DNA of 38,806 nt, taken from the IMG/VR virus record IMGVR_UViG_3300029578_000027. The stretch is one strand, 5' to 3'. Below the pieces are notes generated by a model that did no database searches, was not told the origin of the DNA, and saw nothing but the letters and a program-made list of their open reading frames with translations. Source of the stretch: a virus. Positions 7,479-14,672 of this stretch are shown here, piece after piece (position 1 is the first letter of the stretch; each line of letters starts with the position of its first letter). Made by a program: the position numbers and the translations under genes.

Positions 7479-8251
7479 CTCCCGGAGATCTCTTTCACCA
7501 GCGCGGCGTAGTCCTTGCTGGCCGCGCAGTAGGGACGGGCCACCGGCAGCGGCACTTTCTGGAAGGTCGCGCTGGGCACAGCCTTGGAGAACCGGATCGC
7601 CGTCTCAAACACCGGAAGCGCCCCGCCCCGGATGGCCGCGAGGGCCTCCTTCTCGTCCGCCATGTGGGTGAACTGCGTCACCAGCACGCCCAGCACCGAC
7701 AACCGGGGATTGATGGCCCGCATGTGCTGGAGCTGCTCCGCCAGATTGGCCATGCCGCCGGTGGAGTAGTAGTCCAGCCGGATGGGGATAATCACCTCAT
7801 CCGCAGCGGCCAGCGCCGCCGTGCAGGCTGCCGACAGGGCCGGCGGGCAGTCGATCAGGATGAGATCGTAGGCGTTGTCCTGGTCCGCGTCCTCCTCGAT
7901 GGCGTCCCGCAGATCCGCGATGGCCCGCTGCATCCGGCCTACGCCGCTCTGGGCCATGTGCCGGTCTGCTACCAGCAGGTTGATGTCAGAGGGGATCAGG
8001 TCGATCCCGTCAAAAATGGTGGGCGTCACAAACTCCGGATAGTACCCGGCGCCCTCGGTCAGGAGGGCCAGCGTGTCCGCGCCCTCCTCCGCGTCGATCC
8101 CGAAGGACATGCTCAGATTGCCCTGACTGTCCCCGTCGATCAGTAGGATCCGCTTGCCCTGCTTCGCCAGCAGATACGCCAGCGTGGCGGTGGTGACGGT
8201 TTTGCCGACCCCGCCCTTGAAATTTAATACCGCGATTGTTTTCATATTCAC
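7472..8251 (-). CDS. parA: ParA/Soj-type partition ATPase
   Basis: Deviant Walker A motif NFKGGVGKTVTT, and typical ParA length and layout. Confidence 0.9.
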   Translation of the reverse strand: MNMKTIAVLNFKGGVGKTVTTATLAYLLAKQGKRILLIDGDSQGNLSMSFGIDAEEGADTLALLTEGAGYYPEFVTPTIFDGIDLIPSDINLLVADRHMAQSGVGRMQRAIADLRDAIEEDADQDNAYDLILIDCPPALSAACTAALAAADEVIIPIRLDYYSTGGMANLAEQLQHMRAINPRLSVLGVLVTQFTHMADEKEALAAIRGGALPVFETAIRFSKAVPSATFQKVPLPVARPYCAASKDYAALVKEISGRC

Positions 8252-8269
8252 CTTTCCCCCTTGTTTGCG

Positions 8270-8485
8270 TCAGACCGCAGTGCTTACGGCCTTGAAATGC
8301 GGCGCCAGCTCAGGCCAGAAGGCCTCCCGCCACCGCTCTCCGGTGATTGGATTGCAGAACTCCACCGTGTAGTACCGCCCCGCCGGGTGGATGTAGATCA
8401 CCCGCGCCGGGATCGACCCTACAGTGCCCAGCCCGCTGGTCGCCTCCAGCGTCGGTTCGATGTTCAAGATATCTCCGATTTTCAT
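8270..8485 (-). CDS. Hypothetical small protein
   Basis: Clean 71-aa ORF overlapping the helicase stop; co-directional with its neighbours. Confidence 0.55.
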   Translation of the reverse strand: MKIGDILNIEPTLEATSGLGTVGSIPARVIYIHPAGRYYTVEFCNPITGERWREAFWPELAPHFKAVSTAV

Positions 8486-9825
8486 GTTTTCTTTTCCTCC
8501 GGGAAAACCTCGTCAATGTCACCGCGATCCTCCACAAGCTCCATCTGGACGCCGCGTCCCTCCCAGCCGTAAGCCCGCTTAGGGTCCCCGGTCTGATCCT
8601 GAAAGAAACGACGGGACTTCTTGTCGAAGTCAAGCCACTGGTGTCTGTGGGAGCCGTAGTCCCGGTTCTTCAGGATCTGCAGCAGAGGCTTTTCCTTGCC
8701 GTCCGTCTGATGGGTGGTGAGAAAAAACACATTGTCTGCCCGGTTAGTGATGTCTCCGGAACCGCTGACATCGTCTGAGGTGATTTTAGCGTTATTGTCA
8801 CTGGTAGATTTCCGAGGGTGCACCACCAGATGGGTGTGGACACCCCGGCGCTTGGAGAAGGTTACCAGCATTTGCGTGAATTTTGACTGCACACGGTTGA
8901 AGTCCCGCTCTGTGGAGTTGTCAAAGTCCACGGACATGATGTTATCGACCAGAAATACATCTGCGTTGTAGCGCATGTGGGCGTACTCAAACTGCCGCAG
9001 AATGGTCTCCGGATCGTGCCGGGTGTTGCGCTCCAAGTCAAAGAGCCAGAATCGCTCGTTGAGCCACTCGGAGATCTGCTTGTCCGCCAGAGCGTCCGCG
9101 GATGCCAGTTTTTTCCCGGTGGCCTGATCCGTGATGTACCGGATGTGCTCGGGACCCGCCGCTTGCAGATATGTCCACTCCCGGAACTGCTCCTTCGGCA
9201 GCTCACCGGAATACGCGCAGACGGTGTGTCCCTGATCCAAAGCCTCTAAAAGCATCTGGCTCAGCAGCGTGCTCTTGCCGATGCCTCGCTTGCCGGTCCA
9301 AACGGACAACTCCCCGGAGTAAAACCCGCCGATGCTGCTGTCAAGCACGGAAAACCGGGAGAGGGTCCGGGGAATCTTGCTCATGTCCCGCCGGGGGACT
9401 TCCGCCAGATTCAGCAAGCCATAGGCGGGCAGCTCCTCCGCTCCGGATAGGATATCCGGGAGGTGGGCCGCTCCGTACAGAGCCACATAGTCCTCAACGG
9501 TCTTACAGTTCCGCCAGCCGGCATCGGTAACGACGTATATACAGCTGGCCGGGAGCCGGGGGCGCAGTTCCGCCACCATCCGCTCTCTGGCGATGGCGTT
9601 GGCGGTGACGATCACCAAATAGGGGAACGCCTCTAAAAACGGACGGCAGCGCACAACATCATCCCAACTGCACCCCAGTCCAAGGCACACGGCATTCTCC
9701 CGAATAGCCGCCGCCTCCACAACGGTATCGCAGATCCAGAGACCTTGCGGTTTTTCCGGATCAATAAAAGCCGGTGAGAAGGTCAGGTATTTGCTGGCCT
9801 GCTCCATAGCTGCTTTAAATTCCAT
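8482..9825 (-). CDS. DnaB-family replicative helicase-like ATPase
   Basis: Walker A GKRGIGKST and Walker B DVFLVDNIM. The start is taken as ATG 9825 (MEFKAAMEQ), overlapping the upstream stop by 11 nt. The tracked N-terminal extension to 9960 lies inside the previous gene. Confidence 0.75.
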   Translation of the reverse strand: MEFKAAMEQASKYLTFSPAFIDPEKPQGLWICDTVVEAAAIRENAVCLGLGCSWDDVVRCRPFLEAFPYLVIVTANAIARERMVAELRPRLPASCIYVVTDAGWRNCKTVEDYVALYGAAHLPDILSGAEELPAYGLLNLAEVPRRDMSKIPRTLSRFSVLDSSIGGFYSGELSVWTGKRGIGKSTLLSQMLLEALDQGHTVCAYSGELPKEQFREWTYLQAAGPEHIRYITDQATGKKLASADALADKQISEWLNERFWLFDLERNTRHDPETILRQFEYAHMRYNADVFLVDNIMSVDFDNSTERDFNRVQSKFTQMLVTFSKRRGVHTHLVVHPRKSTSDNNAKITSDDVSGSGDITNRADNVFFLTTHQTDGKEKPLLQILKNRDYGSHRHQWLDFDKKSRRFFQDQTGDPKRAYGWEGRGVQMELVEDRGDIDEVFPEEKKT

Positions 9826-10573
9826 CCGTGTCACCTGCCTCCCAGCTCTCACTCCGGTCCGAATCGGACCGCCCCGGCAGCTCGTCCTCCCACCGGCGGC
9901 CGTTGAGCCATGTGGCGGGGTAGGGGATGTACGCCCCGCCGTCCCGCGTCCACTGCTCACAGGATGCCTGCGCCTTCAACGCCCGGAGGATGGTCTCCAC
10001 CAGCGCCTCGTCCGGCTTCAGCTTCGCCCAGGCCTTCCGCGCCCGCTGCTTGTCCACATGGCGGGGATACGCCGACCAAAACAAATCGAAGTGCGCATCT
10101 GCGCAGGGGGCTATAGGGGTATTTTTATTATTATCTTTTATACATTTAAAGGGGGGTGAAATTTTCTTCACCCCTGGGGTGCAGATTTTTTCAGGGGTGA
10201 AATTTTCTTCACCCCCCTGCGCATCGTCCGGAATCGCTGCCAGAGACCGCCCGATGTAGATCCGCCGACCGGTCCGCACCGTGCCGCTTTTATCCGGAGG
10301 AAGGGGGCCGTTATCCGTGTGGATGTGCCCCCGCTCTTGCAGCTCCGCCAGCATGGCCTGTACCGTCCGCTCAGACAGCACCCGCACGGAGCCGTCCTCG
10401 TCCACGGCAGTCATGTCCTCGATCAGCGTTGCGTTGGTTGCGTAGCAGAATCCCACCCGGTTGGCCCGCCGCGCGATCCGTGCGTATAGGATCAGCGACC
10501 GGGGCCGAAGCCCCGGATCGTCCAAAACCGGGCCGGGGATCCATGCCCCATAGCCGCAGTCATACCTTGCCAT
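9815..10573 (-). CDS. Replisome organiser / replication initiator-like protein
   Basis: N-terminal winged-helix-like part. The C-terminal motif FWSAYPRHVDKQRARKAWAKL...PYPATWLNGRRWED is typical of Firmicutes phage replication proteins. Contains an internal AT-rich repeat region. Confidence 0.7.
   Translation of the reverse strand: MARYDCGYGAWIPGPVLDDPGLRPRSLILYARIARRANRVGFCYATNATLIEDMTAVDEDGSVRVLSERTVQAMLAELQERGHIHTDNGPLPPDKSGTVRTGRRIYIGRSLAAIPDDAQGGEENFTPEKICTPGVKKISPPFKCIKDNNKNTPIAPCADAHFDLFWSAYPRHVDKQRARKAWAKLKPDEALVETILRALKAQASCEQWTRDGGAYIPYPATWLNGRRWEDELPGRSDSDRSESWEAGDTDGI
9855..9871. repeat. Dispersed palindrome copy 3 (17-nt form CGGTCCGAATCGGACCG)
   Basis: Perfect core at 9857-9869, in the C-terminal tail of the replisome organiser (read as SDSD). 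Confidence 0.95.
10119..10215. repeat. Candidate origin of replication: an AT-rich tract followed by two copies of the 22-nt hairpin repeat GGGGTGAAATTTTCTTCACCCC
   Basis: Copies at 10153-10174 and 10194-10215, with starts 41 bp apart. Each is an inverted repeat (GGTGAA/TTCACC). Preceded by gtatttttattattatcttttatacatttaaa. Embedded in the initiator gene, as in lambda-type ori. Confidence 0.6.
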
Positions 10574-10582
10574 ATTGCCCCC

Positions 10583-10906
10583 TTATCTTTCCAACCAGCA
10601 TCGCAGAAGTTCTTCAAACAGACGTTCATTCTTTTCATATGCAAAGATTGCTTGATTACTCTTAGCGGTTCTGGGAGATCCCCAGAAGCATTCCGGATTC
10701 TGCGTTGATTCAGAAATTGTTTGAACAAGCTCATCTGCCAAAACAGAGCATAATTTCCCAGCGAAATAGTCATCTTTTAAAGCTTCAAACAACTGCTGTT
10801 TTGCAGTCCTATACTGATGCATTTTGATTCCGCGCTGAGAATCTCCTCTGCTACACGGCTGTTGGCCAGCATCTATAAAATTCTTGTAAAGCCTTTCAAT
10901 ATCCAT
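10583..10906 (-). CDS. Hypothetical protein of the low-GC island
   Basis: ATG 10906 is preceded by AGGTGA. The tracked ORF starts at GTG 10915. Confidence 0.55.
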   Translation of the reverse strand: MDIERLYKNFIDAGQQPCSRGDSQRGIKMHQYRTAKQQLFEALKDDYFAGKLCSVLADELVQTISESTQNPECFWGSPRTAKSNQAIFAYEKNERLFEELLRCWLER

Positions 10907-10915
10907 TTCTTTCAC

Positions 10916-11752
10916 CTACCAATTAATTGTTTTATTAACTGCGTCCTGCTGCTGCTCTTTTGTCATCCGAGTATAAATTGCTGTCGTTGAAACGCTGGAA
11001 TGGCCAAGAACATCTGCCAGAAGAGATATGTTGTTGTTCCGCCGCAGGAATTGGACTGCAAACATGTGCCGAAAAGAGTGTGGATGCATGACTTTTTTAT
11101 CAATCCCATACCGCGCAGCAAACGTCATAAGCATTTGAGAAACGCCTCTGGTCGTGATTTGCCCTCCGTCTCGTCCAACAGCAAGAAAATCGTCCGGCCC
11201 AAAACCCGAATAATACCCATCAGCTTCATCCAGAAATGATTTCGGAATGTAAATCCTTCTAATTTTACCTTTCGTCCACATTTCCGCGTACCCTCTTGAA
11301 AAATCTGTTTTTTTTAGCCGCACATACTCACTAACACGGCAGCCAGTCGAAGCCAGTAACTTGATATTGTAATACCAGCGCATATTTCCATCATTTTTCA
11401 ATCCATCCAGCAGCTTTTTGTAGTCTTGTTCGGATATAACATTACTAACAGCTGTAGCCTGATGGACGCGCATCGTCTTGACTTTGCTTCCATCATCGTG
11501 AACCATCCCGCAGAACGAATTAAATGCATTGAGCTTAATGTTGATGGATTTCGCCTTCAATCCTTTTTCCTGTAGTTCCCGTTTCCAATCGAGGCCGTTT
11601 TTCTTTGATATTTTTCCGAATGATGAAAAGTACTGTTCCATCGCAGTTATGTATGCCCTTACGGTATTGTCAGACAGCTCTTTATCCTCGAGGTACTCAC
11701 GGAAAGACTCTATTTGATTTTTGCACGCCTCACCGCTTCGTCTTTTGCCCAC
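10916..11752 (-). CDS. Tyrosine recombinase (XerC/D-like), second copy in this genome
   Basis: N-terminal SAM-like domain (FREYLEDKELSDNTVRAY). Catalytic signature: TGCRVSE, HSFRHMFA, LGHSSVSTTAIYTRM. Confidence 0.85.
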   Translation of the reverse strand: MGKRRSGEACKNQIESFREYLEDKELSDNTVRAYITAMEQYFSSFGKISKKNGLDWKRELQEKGLKAKSINIKLNAFNSFCGMVHDDGSKVKTMRVHQATAVSNVISEQDYKKLLDGLKNDGNMRWYYNIKLLASTGCRVSEYVRLKKTDFSRGYAEMWTKGKIRRIYIPKSFLDEADGYYSGFGPDDFLAVGRDGGQITTRGVSQMLMTFAARYGIDKKVMHPHSFRHMFAVQFLRRNNNISLLADVLGHSSVSTTAIYTRMTKEQQQDAVNKTINW

Positions 11753-12207
11753 GGGTGTTCATCCCCTCCTCTGTGAAATCTTGCCTGAATCTCGTCGTAG
11801 TGCTTTTGACAAACCTTTTTCCCTTCTAAAGCCGGAGAATCACAAAACCAACATAGCCCATTTTTAATACGTTCTCTACGAGGGTCTCCGCGCAATGCGC
11901 GTTGTTGCTTTTCTTTTTCATGCCTTCTCTGATGTTTCATATAGCACTCAAGACATAGCTGACCTTTTACTGCCGCTTTGCCACAGATTGGGCATAATCC
12001 AGCGGATATACGGGCATCCCGCTTTTCTTTTCTTCTCTGGTAATAATTGCGTTCCCTTTCGAGGCTCCTGTATTTTATGTTATTTAGCGTCGCTTTTTCT
12101 AAACATTCTGGGCACTTCTGTCTCCCGTTAAATGCATCACGCTGTCCGCAGGAAACGCATATTTTATGCTCTATATACCATTGGCGAAGAGGAACGCTAT
12201 TTCCCAT
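11710..12207 (-). CDS. Triple zinc-ribbon basic protein
   Basis: Three modules: CVSCG...CPEC, CPICG...CLEC and CWFC...CQKH, separated by Arg/Lys-rich linkers. Low GC. Confidence 0.6.
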   Translation of the reverse strand: MGNSVPLRQWYIEHKICVSCGQRDAFNGRQKCPECLEKATLNNIKYRSLERERNYYQRRKEKRDARISAGLCPICGKAAVKGQLCLECYMKHQRRHEKEKQQRALRGDPRRERIKNGLCWFCDSPALEGKKVCQKHYDEIQARFHRGGDEHPWAKDEAVRRAKIK

Positions 12208-12283
12208 GCAACCACCTCAAATCCTACAAATTAAAAGAAAATCTGCATTGCCCCTCACAATCCGACAATACCACTATCTTCAG

Positions 12284-12382
12284 TTAATTCCGAAAACCCT
12301 CCATCAGATCCACGATCCGCAGTGGGATTGCCGCCACCGTCGCCACGCCGACGACCATGAAAAACATCGCCCAACCGGTCAC
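12284..12382 (-). CDS. Possible 32-aa membrane peptide
   Basis: GTG start forms a GTGA overlap with the stop of 12379-12957. Encodes VTGWAMFFMVVGVATVAAIPLRIVDLMEGFRN. Below the ORF-track cutoff. Confidence 0.3.
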   Translation of the reverse strand: MTGWAMFFMVVGVATVAAIPLRIVDLMEGFRN

Positions 12383-12957
12383 AGGGATACGCCCCCTTCC
12401 CGGCGAAAATTAGGGCTTGCGTGCAGCGTGGACCTTGTGCTATAATTGATACATCCAGTGGTTGATCCAATACCACACACTTTTTCCCCTGAACGCTCTG
12501 AGGTGCCAGCCTCGGGGCGTTCTCTTTTTGCGCCTGAGTAGATCACCTGGTAGATGGCCGCCATGGTCTCCCGCAGCTCCACCACGATGGAATCGAACTC
12601 CGGCCGCTCAGCCTCGTCAATCACGCCGTCCTCCGCGATCCGGAGCAGGGCATCCAACCGGCCAGTCGCGTCTTGCAGACGGTTCCGCAGGGCGATGCTC
12701 GCCATTGGAAGCGGCCTTGGCGTCACCTCCGGCATCACGCCCAGCGTGTCCGTGGCCTGCGCGTGCTCCAATGCCAACCATGGGCAGCTGTACGCCTCCA
12801 CCATCTTGGCCACCGTCTCATCCTTGGGCACCGTCTTGCCGCCCTCGTACTGTTTCAGACTTTCCGGCGACAGTCCAAGCAGCTCCGCTGCACGTTCTTG
12901 GCTCATTCCGGTACTCAGCCTTGCCCTCTGGTACAAATTCGGGTACTTCCGCTCCAT
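12379..12957 (-). CDS. XRE-family HTH protein with extended C-terminal domain
   Basis: N-terminal segment ARLSTGMSQERAAELLGLSPESLKQYEGGKTVP is an XRE helix-turn-helix. Confidence 0.7.
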   Translation of the reverse strand: MERKYPNLYQRARLSTGMSQERAAELLGLSPESLKQYEGGKTVPKDETVAKMVEAYSCPWLALEHAQATDTLGVMPEVTPRPLPMASIALRNRLQDATGRLDALLRIAEDGVIDEAERPEFDSIVVELRETMAAIYQVIYSGAKRERPEAGTSERSGEKVCGIGSTTGCINYSTRSTLHASPNFRREGGVSL

Positions 12958-12978
12958 TGTCTTTTCCTCCTTCCTGCG

Positions 12979-13191
12979 CTACCATGTAACCATCCACCGT
13001 GCCAATGGTACAATGGGGATGATGTAGCGCTTCCCAACTTTCTTGGCCGGGAAGCCGGCATTGTGGACCAGTGCGTCCCAGTCCAGACCCAGCAGTTTGC
13101 AGGCCTGATCCTTGGTCAGAACCTCCTGCTCCGGGAATTTTGCCTGCAAGGATTGCAGCTGATCCCGAAAGCTCTCACGCTCTCGTGCCAT
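12979..13191 (-). CDS. Excisionase-type (MerR-like) HTH DNA-binding protein
   Basis: ATG 13191 is preceded by GGGAGGAG. LTKDQACKLLGLDWDALVHNAGFPAKKVGKRYIIPIVPLARW fits the excisionase-family HTH pattern. Confidence 0.6.
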   Translation of the reverse strand: MARERESFRDQLQSLQAKFPEQEVLTKDQACKLLGLDWDALVHNAGFPAKKVGKRYIIPIVPLARWMVTW

Positions 13192-13207
13192 GTCCGCTCC
13201 TCCCTTC

Positions 13208-13411
13208 TCACGCGCTCTCCGTCCGCTGGACGATCTCCTCGATGGGGACACCGAAGATCAGCGTCATGCGAAAAACTCTCTCCAGCTCCGGGGTCCGCTG
13301 GCCCAGCTCCCACTTGCTCACCGTGGGGACGGTGACGCCCAGCTGGTCAGCCAGCGCCTTCTGGGTCATGCCGGCCGCCGTCCGCAGCTCCTTGACTCTG
13401 TTAACGATCAT
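13208..13411 (-). CDS. Cro-like XRE HTH regulator
   Basis: 67 aa, RVKELRTAAGMTQKALADQLGVTVPTVSKWELGQRTP. Divergent from the CI-like gene. Confidence 0.8.
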   Translation of the reverse strand: MIVNRVKELRTAAGMTQKALADQLGVTVPTVSKWELGQRTPELERVFRMTLIFGVPIEEIVQRTESA

Positions 13412-13429
13412 GATTGCTCCTTTCCCGCC

Positions 13430-13458
13430 TTGACGGCGTTGCCCCGGTGTGGTATATT
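13430..13458 (+). promoter_or_regulatory. Sigma-A-type promoter reading rightwards toward the CI-like gene
   Basis: TTGACG (13430-13435), a 17-nt spacer, then TATATT (13453-13458) preceded by TGg (extended -10). Confidence 0.6.
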
Positions 13459-13489
13459 GTCCTCGGGGCTATGTCCTCTATGGATATAA
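13442..13489. repeat. 48-bp promoter/operator cassette, copy 1 (46/48 identical to 14229-14276)
   Basis: CCCCGGTGTGGTATATTGTCCTCGGGGCTATGTCCTCTATGGATATAA. Contains the inverted repeat GCCCC...GGGGC around the -10. Confidence 0.9.
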
Positions 13490-13559
13490 ATTATCACTCA
13501 ATTTAGCGTTTGTAAAGTAGTTTTCGCTATTTTTAATGATTTTGGAGGTTCGTACAAAA

Positions 13560-13814
13560 ATGAACCATATAGGCTTGTACAAATCCCCAAATATAGCGGA
13601 TTGCGTTAAAGCCATGGCTAAGACGCAAGGTGTGACAATCAAAACCATGCTGACAGACTTAGAACTGGGTTCTAATACGATGTCCAATATGCGGCATGAT
13701 CGGATGATTGCCGCAGACAGTCTCGCCAAGATCGCTGATTATCTGGACTGCTCCGTGGACTACCTCTTGGGCCGCACAGACGACCCGCAGAGCCACCGAA
13801 AGGAGCACGGATGA
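13560..13814 (+). CDS. CI-like XRE repressor
   Basis: XRE HTH ending in the typical DYLLGRTDDP. ATG 13560 follows GGAGG at 13544. The tracked ORF begins at 13536. Confidence 0.75.
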   Translation: MNHIGLYKSPNIADCVKAMAKTQGVTIKTMLTDLELGSNTMSNMRHDRMIAADSLAKIADYLDCSVDYLLGRTDDPQSHRKEHG

Positions 13815-13987
13815 ACGGGCCAAAGATCCACCGTGAAATATTGGAGAGCAGCAAAGAAATTTGTCGGCGCCAGAAAAAAGAAACCAAGAAAAAAGCGCTT
13901 AAAAGCTGGCTGGCCGCAAATATCATTGCAATTTTGGCGCTGATCGTCAGCGTCGTCTCCGTCCTCATTTCAGCATTGCGAGAATAG
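13811..13987 (+). CDS. 58-aa C-terminally membrane-anchored protein, translationally coupled to the CI-like gene
   Basis: ATGA overlap at 13811-13814. Encodes MNGPKIHREILESSKEICRRQKKETKKKALKSWLAANIIAILALIVSVVSVLISALRE. Below the ORF-track cutoff. Confidence 0.45.
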   Translation: MNGPKIHREILESSKEICRRQKKETKKKALKSWLAANIIAILALIVSVVSVLISALRE

Positions 13988-14048
13988 CGGATGTAATGGC
14001 AAGCAGCATTGCCAGCAGGCTGATCCAATTTTTCCGAAGAAAGTTCAT
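13965..14048 (-). CDS. 27-aa hydrophobic peptide
   Basis: ATG 14048 is preceded by GAGGAGG. Encodes MNFLRKNWISLLAMLLAITSAILAMLK. Its 5-prime region (18 nt) is identical to that of the peptide gene at 14199. Confidence 0.45.
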   Translation of the reverse strand: MNFLRKNWISLLAMLLAITSAILAMLK

Positions 14049-14118
14049 GCGGCGCCTCCTCTCTTGATGTTTTGGCACCTTGCCAACTTCGTAGTGGGCT
14101 TTCTTTCCGGCGTCCTTG

Positions 14119-14199
14119 CTACAGTAGCTGCAGCCTTGATAAGACAAGCAGTGCTGCGATAATTCCGCAGATATAGCCAAGGACGTAAGTCCCTTTCAT
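14119..14199 (-). CDS. 26-aa hydrophobic peptide
   Basis: ATG 14199 is preceded by GAGGAGG. Encodes MKGTYVLGYICGIIAALLVLSRLQLL. Shares the upstream 18-mer GCCTCCTCTCTTGATGTT (plus-strand reading, 14207-14224 versus 14054-14071). Confidence 0.45.
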   Translation of the reverse strand: MKGTYVLGYICGIIAALLVLSRLQLL

Positions 14200-14216
14200 T
14201 CCTTGTGCCTCCTCTC

Positions 14217-14245
14217 TTGATGTTCTGGCCCCGGTGTGTTATATT
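14217..14245 (+). promoter_or_regulatory. Sigma-A-type promoter (paralogue of 13430-13458) toward the XRE gene at 14346
   Basis: TTGATG (14217-14222), a 17-nt spacer, then TATATT (14240-14245) preceded by TGt. Confidence 0.6.
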
Positions 14246-14276
14246 GTCCTCGGGGCTATGTCCTCTATGGCTATAA
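14229..14276. repeat. 48-bp promoter/operator cassette, copy 2
   Basis: CCCCGGTGTGTTATATTGTCCTCGGGGCTATGTCCTCTATGGCTATAA, with two mismatches to copy 1. Confidence 0.9.
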
Positions 14277-14282
14277 TATACT

Positions 14283-14336
14283 CGGTACTTTCGGTACTGT
14301 CAACACTTTTGGGACTATTTCGTTACTTTCGGTACT
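14283..14336 (+). repeat. Four CGGTACT heptads (two 16-nt direct repeats) in the leader of the XRE gene
   Basis: CGGTACTTTCGGTACT at 14283-14298 and CGTTACTTTCGGTACT at 14321-14336. Confidence 0.8.
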
Positions 14337-14345
14337 TTACACAAA

Positions 14346-14672
14346 GTGCAGGGCGGTGTTTTTGTGTTTTATGATAATTTCATAAGGGCATGTAATTCTG
14401 TTGGGAAAACACCGTCTGCTGTTTTGCTTGAACTCGGAATAGGCAAATCAGCTAATACTCGGTGGAAAAACGGCCACGCCCCAACTGATGCCATTTTGCA
14501 AAAATTGGCTGATTATTTCAAAATAACAAAAGAGGAACTCTTAGGCAAAGAGAAACGCCCGTCCCCCGAAGGGGACGAGCGTCCAGAATGCTGGGACCTG
14601 CTTACCCGCGAGGAGCGGGAGAAGGCGCGGGAGTATATCGAGATGCTAATAGCTGCGCGAGGTAAGCGTTGA
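14346..14672 (+). CDS. XRE-family HTH regulator
   Basis: FYDNFIRACNSVGKTPSAVLLELGIGKSANTRWKNG. The start is GTG 14346 or GTG 14364. C-terminal motif LLTREEREKAREYIEMLIAAR. Confidence 0.75.
   Translation: MQGGVFVFYDNFIRACNSVGKTPSAVLLELGIGKSANTRWKNGHAPTDAILQKLADYFKITKEELLGKEKRPSPEGDERPECWDLLTREEREKAREYIEMLIAARGKR

Larger units (their letters stand above)
10574..12254. mobile_element. Low-GC three-gene insertion with a second tyrosine recombinase, bounded by the 8-bp direct repeat ATTGCCCC
   Basis: A visibly AT-richer block lies between GC-rich flanks. ATTGCCCC occurs at 10574-10581 and 12247-12254. Deleting one repeat plus the insert would recreate a plausible RBS junction for the replisome organiser gene. 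Confidence 0.5.

Noticed and set aside
5958-7511. 517-aa plus-strand ORF antisense to parB
   Set aside because: It is the mirror of a well-supported minus-strand gene. It has Arg/Gly/His/Leu/Pro-rich composition typical of GC-driven shadow ORFs, no RBS and no recognisable motifs.
12255-12476. 73-aa minus-strand ORF between the low-GC island and the XRE gene
   Set aside because: It overlaps the 3-prime end of the well-supported gene 12379-12957 in another frame, and has no RBS and an odd composition. A short coupled 32-aa ORF in the same gap is listed instead, at low confidence.
13672-14028. 118-aa minus-strand ORF opposite the CI-like gene
   Set aside because: It is antisense to two coupled plus-strand genes, has no RBS and has an Arg/Ser-rich shadow composition.
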